32,000 bases of DNA from Dickeya solani IPO 2222 (GTDB lineage Bacteria; Pseudomonadota; Gammaproteobacteria; Enterobacterales; Enterobacteriaceae), in the NCBI RefSeq assembly GCF_001644705.1, contig NZ_CP015137.1:3030001-3062000 (forward strand), read 5' to 3'. The notes under the pieces were generated by a model. It saw nothing but the letters and a program-made list of their open reading frames with translations. It was not told where the DNA came from and made no database searches. A program made the position numbers and the translations under genes. Below are positions 29,349 through 32,000 of this stretch, one piece after another (the first letter of the stretch is position 1; the number at the start of each line of letters is the position of its first letter).

Positions 29349-30623
29349 ATGTCCCACATTCTGATGGCCGCGGTGGCAACGCCGGGGCATGTTTATCCTA
29401 TGCTGACCATCGCCCGTCATCTGCTGACCAAAGGGCACCGGGTAACCCTGTTCAGCGGCGCGCTGTTTCGTGAGCAGGCGCAGGCCGCCGGCGTCGGGTT
29501 TATCGCGTTCGATGAAGCGATCGATTTTGACTACCGTTATCTGGAGCGCCATTTTCCCAAACGCGCCACTCTGCCGCCCGGCAACGCGCAGATGGCGCTG
29601 GCGCTGCGCGAATTTTTCTCCGCGCCTATCCCGTTGATCGACCGCCAGTTGCGCGCGGTGCTGGCGCAAACCGAGGCGGACATGGTGATGGCGGAAAACT
29701 GTTTCTACGGCATTCTGCCGCTGTTGGCCAGCGAGGATCGCCCGCCGGTGATTGGCATTGGCGTGACGCCGCTGTCCTTCTCTTCCCGCGATTCGATCTT
29801 CTACGGGCCGCGTATCCCGCCCGCGCTGCTGCCGCCGGATTTGACCCGCGAGCAACTGATCGACGAAGACACCCGCGAGCTGATCGCCGGTGTGAAGGAC
29901 GCGTTCGATAGGGTGATGGTGCAGTCGGGGCAACAACCGCTAACCGAGCCCTTTGCCGACGCGCTGATCAGCGGCTGCGACCGTTTCCTGCAATTGTCCA
30001 CGACCGAACTGGAATATCACCGCGATGATTTGCCGTCGTGCATACGCTTTGTGGGGCCGTTGCCGTTGAAAGTGACCGAAGAGGATGCGGAACAGGCGCT
30101 GTGGCCGTTACAGGACACCCGGCCGCTGGTGATTGTGTCGCAGGGAACGCTGGCGAATGTGGATTTGCAGCAATTAATTGGCCCGACGTTACGCGCGCTG
30201 GCCGACCTGCCCGTCCGGGTGCTGGCGACCACCGGCGGGCGACCGGTGGAAGAGCTGGCCGCCTCGGCGCCGGAAAACGCATGGGTGTGCCGTTTTGTCT
30301 CGCTGGAGCACTGGTTGCCGCAGGCGGCGCTGCTGATCACCAACGGGGGATACGGTTCGCTCAACGCGGCCTTGTCTCACGGTGTGCCGCTGATTGTGGC
30401 CGGTACGGGAGAAGACAAGCTGGAAACCGCGGCGAGAGTGGTGTTTGCCGGCTGCGGGCTGAATCTCGGCACCAGCACGCCGGGCGAGCCGCAGATTGCC
30501 GACGCGGTGATGCGCATCCTCGAACAACCCGGTTATACCCAGCGAGCGCGTTGGGTTCAGGCGGATTGCGCGCGTCATCACGCGCTGGAGGCGATCGCGG
30601 AAGAGGTGGCGGCAATCGGGTAA
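29349..30623 (+). CDS. GT1-family (UDP-glycosyltransferase/MGT, GT-B fold) glycosyltransferase, acceptor unknown
   Basis: ATG 29349 with an AAGGAG SD 5 nt upstream. The N-terminal MSHILMAAVATPGHVYPMLTIARHLLTKGHRVTL is a typical GT1 acceptor-domain start. The C-terminal nucleotide-sugar motif is LITNGGYGSLNAALSHGVPLIVAGTGEDK. 424 aa. Confidence 0.85.
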   Translation: MSHILMAAVATPGHVYPMLTIARHLLTKGHRVTLFSGALFREQAQAAGVGFIAFDEAIDFDYRYLERHFPKRATLPPGNAQMALALREFFSAPIPLIDRQLRAVLAQTEADMVMAENCFYGILPLLASEDRPPVIGIGVTPLSFSSRDSIFYGPRIPPALLPPDLTREQLIDEDTRELIAGVKDAFDRVMVQSGQQPLTEPFADALISGCDRFLQLSTTELEYHRDDLPSCIRFVGPLPLKVTEEDAEQALWPLQDTRPLVIVSQGTLANVDLQQLIGPTLRALADLPVRVLATTGGRPVEELAASAPENAWVCRFVSLEHWLPQAALLITNGGYGSLNAALSHGVPLIVAGTGEDKLETAARVVFAGCGLNLGTSTPGEPQIADAVMRILEQPGYTQRARWVQADCARHHALEAIAEEVAAIG

Positions 30624-30663
30624 GCGTTTTACGCCGCTTATATCTAAAACACGTTGTCTGGAT

Positions 30664-30694
30664 AAACCACTGTCATTTGCACGGTGGTTTTTTT
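30664..30694 (+). terminator. Glycosyltransferase gene terminator
   Basis: aaaccac (30664-30670) pairs with gtggttt (30684-30690) and is followed by tttt. 13-nt loop. Confidence 0.5.
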
Positions 30695-30736
30695 CACCGG
30701 TGGGTGACGCGGTGCGTTATCCCCGCTGGCGAATAT

Positions 30737-31024
30737 TTAGACTGATGCCTGGGGTTTATTGGCGGTATTGCGCATCAGTTTTTTACGATCAACCCAGGTA
30801 TGGGTTTGAGGATCATAATAACGGCTGGGCCATATTTCTTCCGGCTTAACGCCTAATGCGTCGGCGATCAGCAATTCCCCTTTCGGCCAGGGGCGATATA
30901 AAGCGTTTGCCAATGTGCTTGAACTTAATCCTGCTTCTCGTGAGACCGCTGAGAGTGATGTCCCTTTCTTCCTTAGTGCAGCAATGATATCGGCGGAATG
31001 CCAGTCCATTCTCCTTGCGCGCAT
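30737..31024 (-). CDS. nlp: Ner/Nlp(SfsB)-family HTH DNA-binding protein
   Basis: 95 aa, MRARRMDWHSADIIAALRKKGTSLSAVSREAGLSSSTLANALYRPWPKGELLIADALGVKPEEIWPSRYYDPQTH; collinear with E. coli Nlp/phage Mu Ner. A GAGGA SD lies 6 nt before ATG 31024. Confidence 0.9.
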   Translation of the reverse strand: MRARRMDWHSADIIAALRKKGTSLSAVSREAGLSSSTLANALYRPWPKGELLIADALGVKPEEIWPSRYYDPQTHTWVDRKKLMRNTANKPQASV

Positions 31025-31113
31025 GATTTATCCTCGATACTTGTGGCTGGTTGTTATTTTGGTTATGACATACTTTTACTATTACACACTTTTATAGGTA
31101 AAAAATACTCTTG

Positions 31114-31127
31114 AATTAAATTTAATT
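31114..31127. repeat. Perfect 14-bp AT palindrome in the AT-rich divergent intergenic region
   Basis: AATTAAATTTAATT is its own reverse complement. It lies in the 361-bp AT-rich spacer between the nlp-like and LuxR-like genes. Confidence 0.6.
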
Positions 31128-31385
31128 TAATAAAATTAGGGATATCATGTGCCATTAATCTGCTGAAAGCAGGTATTTGTTTGGTTATATGAAGGATAAG
31201 GCAAGGAAGTGTTTGATATATTTAATGAATGGAAACGTGTTGGATGCTGCGGTTGTGAAAGTATGATGGATGAAATAAATTCAATGGAATATATTTAATT
31301 TAAAACTAATTATCTGGTTAATAATTGGTGATGCTGAATACCAAATACCATCCTAAAATTTGGCGAAAGAAATTTAATAAACAGG

Positions 31386-32000
31386 ATGTCGCTTGTAATG
31401 ACCGTTGAGCACGATTATCTACGCTCGTTTATTCCCTTGCTGGATAGTCTGAGCGAGCCATGGGGAATCAAGGATCTGGCGTCTCGCCATGTGTATATGA
31501 ACACGCCAGCATACAGTTATACCAATACGCCGGTACGTTTTGATATTGAGGGCAAATCCGACGAAGAATTTCCGATCGCCTGGGCGGAATTATCGGGTGA
31601 TTTTATTGAACACGACCGTCGAACGGAGATCCGTGCTGAACGGGTTACTGTTATTGAAACCCATTACTGGTTTGGCAAAACAGAACTGTCGCCGTATATC
31701 AGTGAAAAAATTCCTCTTTTTAATCAGGCAAAAGAATGCGTGGGCATTTTGTGGAATGCCCGGCCGATGACCACATTGTCGCCACTGATTCATATTGATC
31801 GGCGTAAGCCAACCGTACTGAAAGCCGAAATAACCACCGATCTTTTTACTCGCGCTGAACTGGATACGCTCTTTCTGGTGTTGCGGCGTTTTTCCAGCAA
31901 GGAAATAGCGAAGCGGTTCAACCTGTCCAACAGAACGATCGAAAACAGAATACAAAACATGTACCAAAAAGCCGGTGTGCATTCGTTCAATCAGTTTGAA
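31386..32000 (+). CDS. LuxR/GerE-family transcriptional regulator (uncharacterised N-terminal sensor-like domain plus C-terminal HTH), 3' end beyond the right edge
   Basis: Absent from the ORF track because it is open at the window edge. Manual translation from ATG 31386 (or ATG 31398) gives 205 stop-free codons. It reads MSLVMTVEHDYLRSFIPLLDSLSEPWGIKDLASRHVYMNTPAYSY... and ends FTRAELDTLFLVLRRFSSKEIAKRFNLSNRTIENRIQNMYQKAGVHSFNQFE, a classic LuxR-type HTH. Confidence 0.85.
   Translation, partial: MSLVMTVEHDYLRSFIPLLDSLSEPWGIKDLASRHVYMNTPAYSYTNTPVRFDIEGKSDEEFPIAWAELSGDFIEHDRRTEIRAERVTVIETHYWFGKTELSPYISEKIPLFNQAKECVGILWNARPMTTLSPLIHIDRRKPTVLKAEITTDLFTRAELDTLFLVLRRFSSKEIAKRFNLSNRTIENRIQNMYQKAGVHSFNQFE

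Noticed and set aside
31023-31097. 24-aa hydrophobic/aromatic mini-ORF MIYPRYLWLVVILVMTYFYYYTLL (the tail of track ORF 30915..31097), superficially like a type I toxin
   Set aside because: No SD. It overlaps the nlp start codon and 5' UTR on the opposite strand. The AT-rich sequence easily yields Tyr/Leu/Phe codons by chance, and there is no adjacent antisense RNA signature.
31590-31982. 130-aa and 66-aa minus-strand ORFs at the right edge
   Set aside because: They are antisense to the LuxR-family frame, which shows a textbook GerE-type HTH. No homology signal of their own.

Overview
This is a chromosomal window from an Enterobacterales genome. Gene content and the roughly mid-50s %GC look suggest a soft-rot Pectobacteriaceae (Dickeya-like) organism, but that is inference only. 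It is a housekeeping backbone interrupted by three accessory blocks.

(1) Positions 1-5119, minus strand: a GC-rich orphan type VI secretion spike/effector module, hcp-vgrG-eag(DUF1795)-rhs. The rhs ORF (734 codons, open to the left edge) is missing from the supplied ORF track. The module is separated from the tmRNA gene ssrA (5902-6281) by about 780 bp of AT-rich non-coding DNA. That spacer holds three hairpins and a repeated TTGCGCA-containing motif upstream of hcp.

(2) Positions 19920-28103, plus strand: a Fur-box-preceded four-gene operon of TonB paralog, TonB-dependent receptor, periplasmic M16 (HxxEH) protease and SbmA/YddA-type ABC transporter. This is the architecture of the Pectobacterium Fus plant-ferredoxin import system (E. 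coli relatives YddB/PqqL/YddA). It sits between ypeA and yfeY.

(3) Positions 28903-32000: an orphan GT1 glycosyltransferase with a 446-bp leader, followed by an AT-rich divergent pair. The pair is a Ner/Nlp-like HTH gene and a LuxR-family regulator that runs off the right edge and is also absent from the ORF track.

The backbone genes are smpB, ssrA, ratA, ratB, bamE, recN (triple LexA boxes), nadK, grpE (sigma32 promoter), mntH (Fur box), nudK, talA-like, maeB, yaiI, hemF, ypeA and yfeY. I found no tRNA or rRNA genes, CRISPR arrays, IS elements or integrases. Many long ORFs in the track are antisense shadows of GC-rich genes, including a 756-aa one opposite maeB. Several track ORFs have over-extended N-termini, which I corrected.

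I found no convincing evidence for a wholly new system. The best leads are the Rhs N-terminus with a degenerate prePAAR motif, the repeated operator-like motif upstream of hcp, the ssrA junction, and the Fus-type operon with its dedicated divergent TonB.
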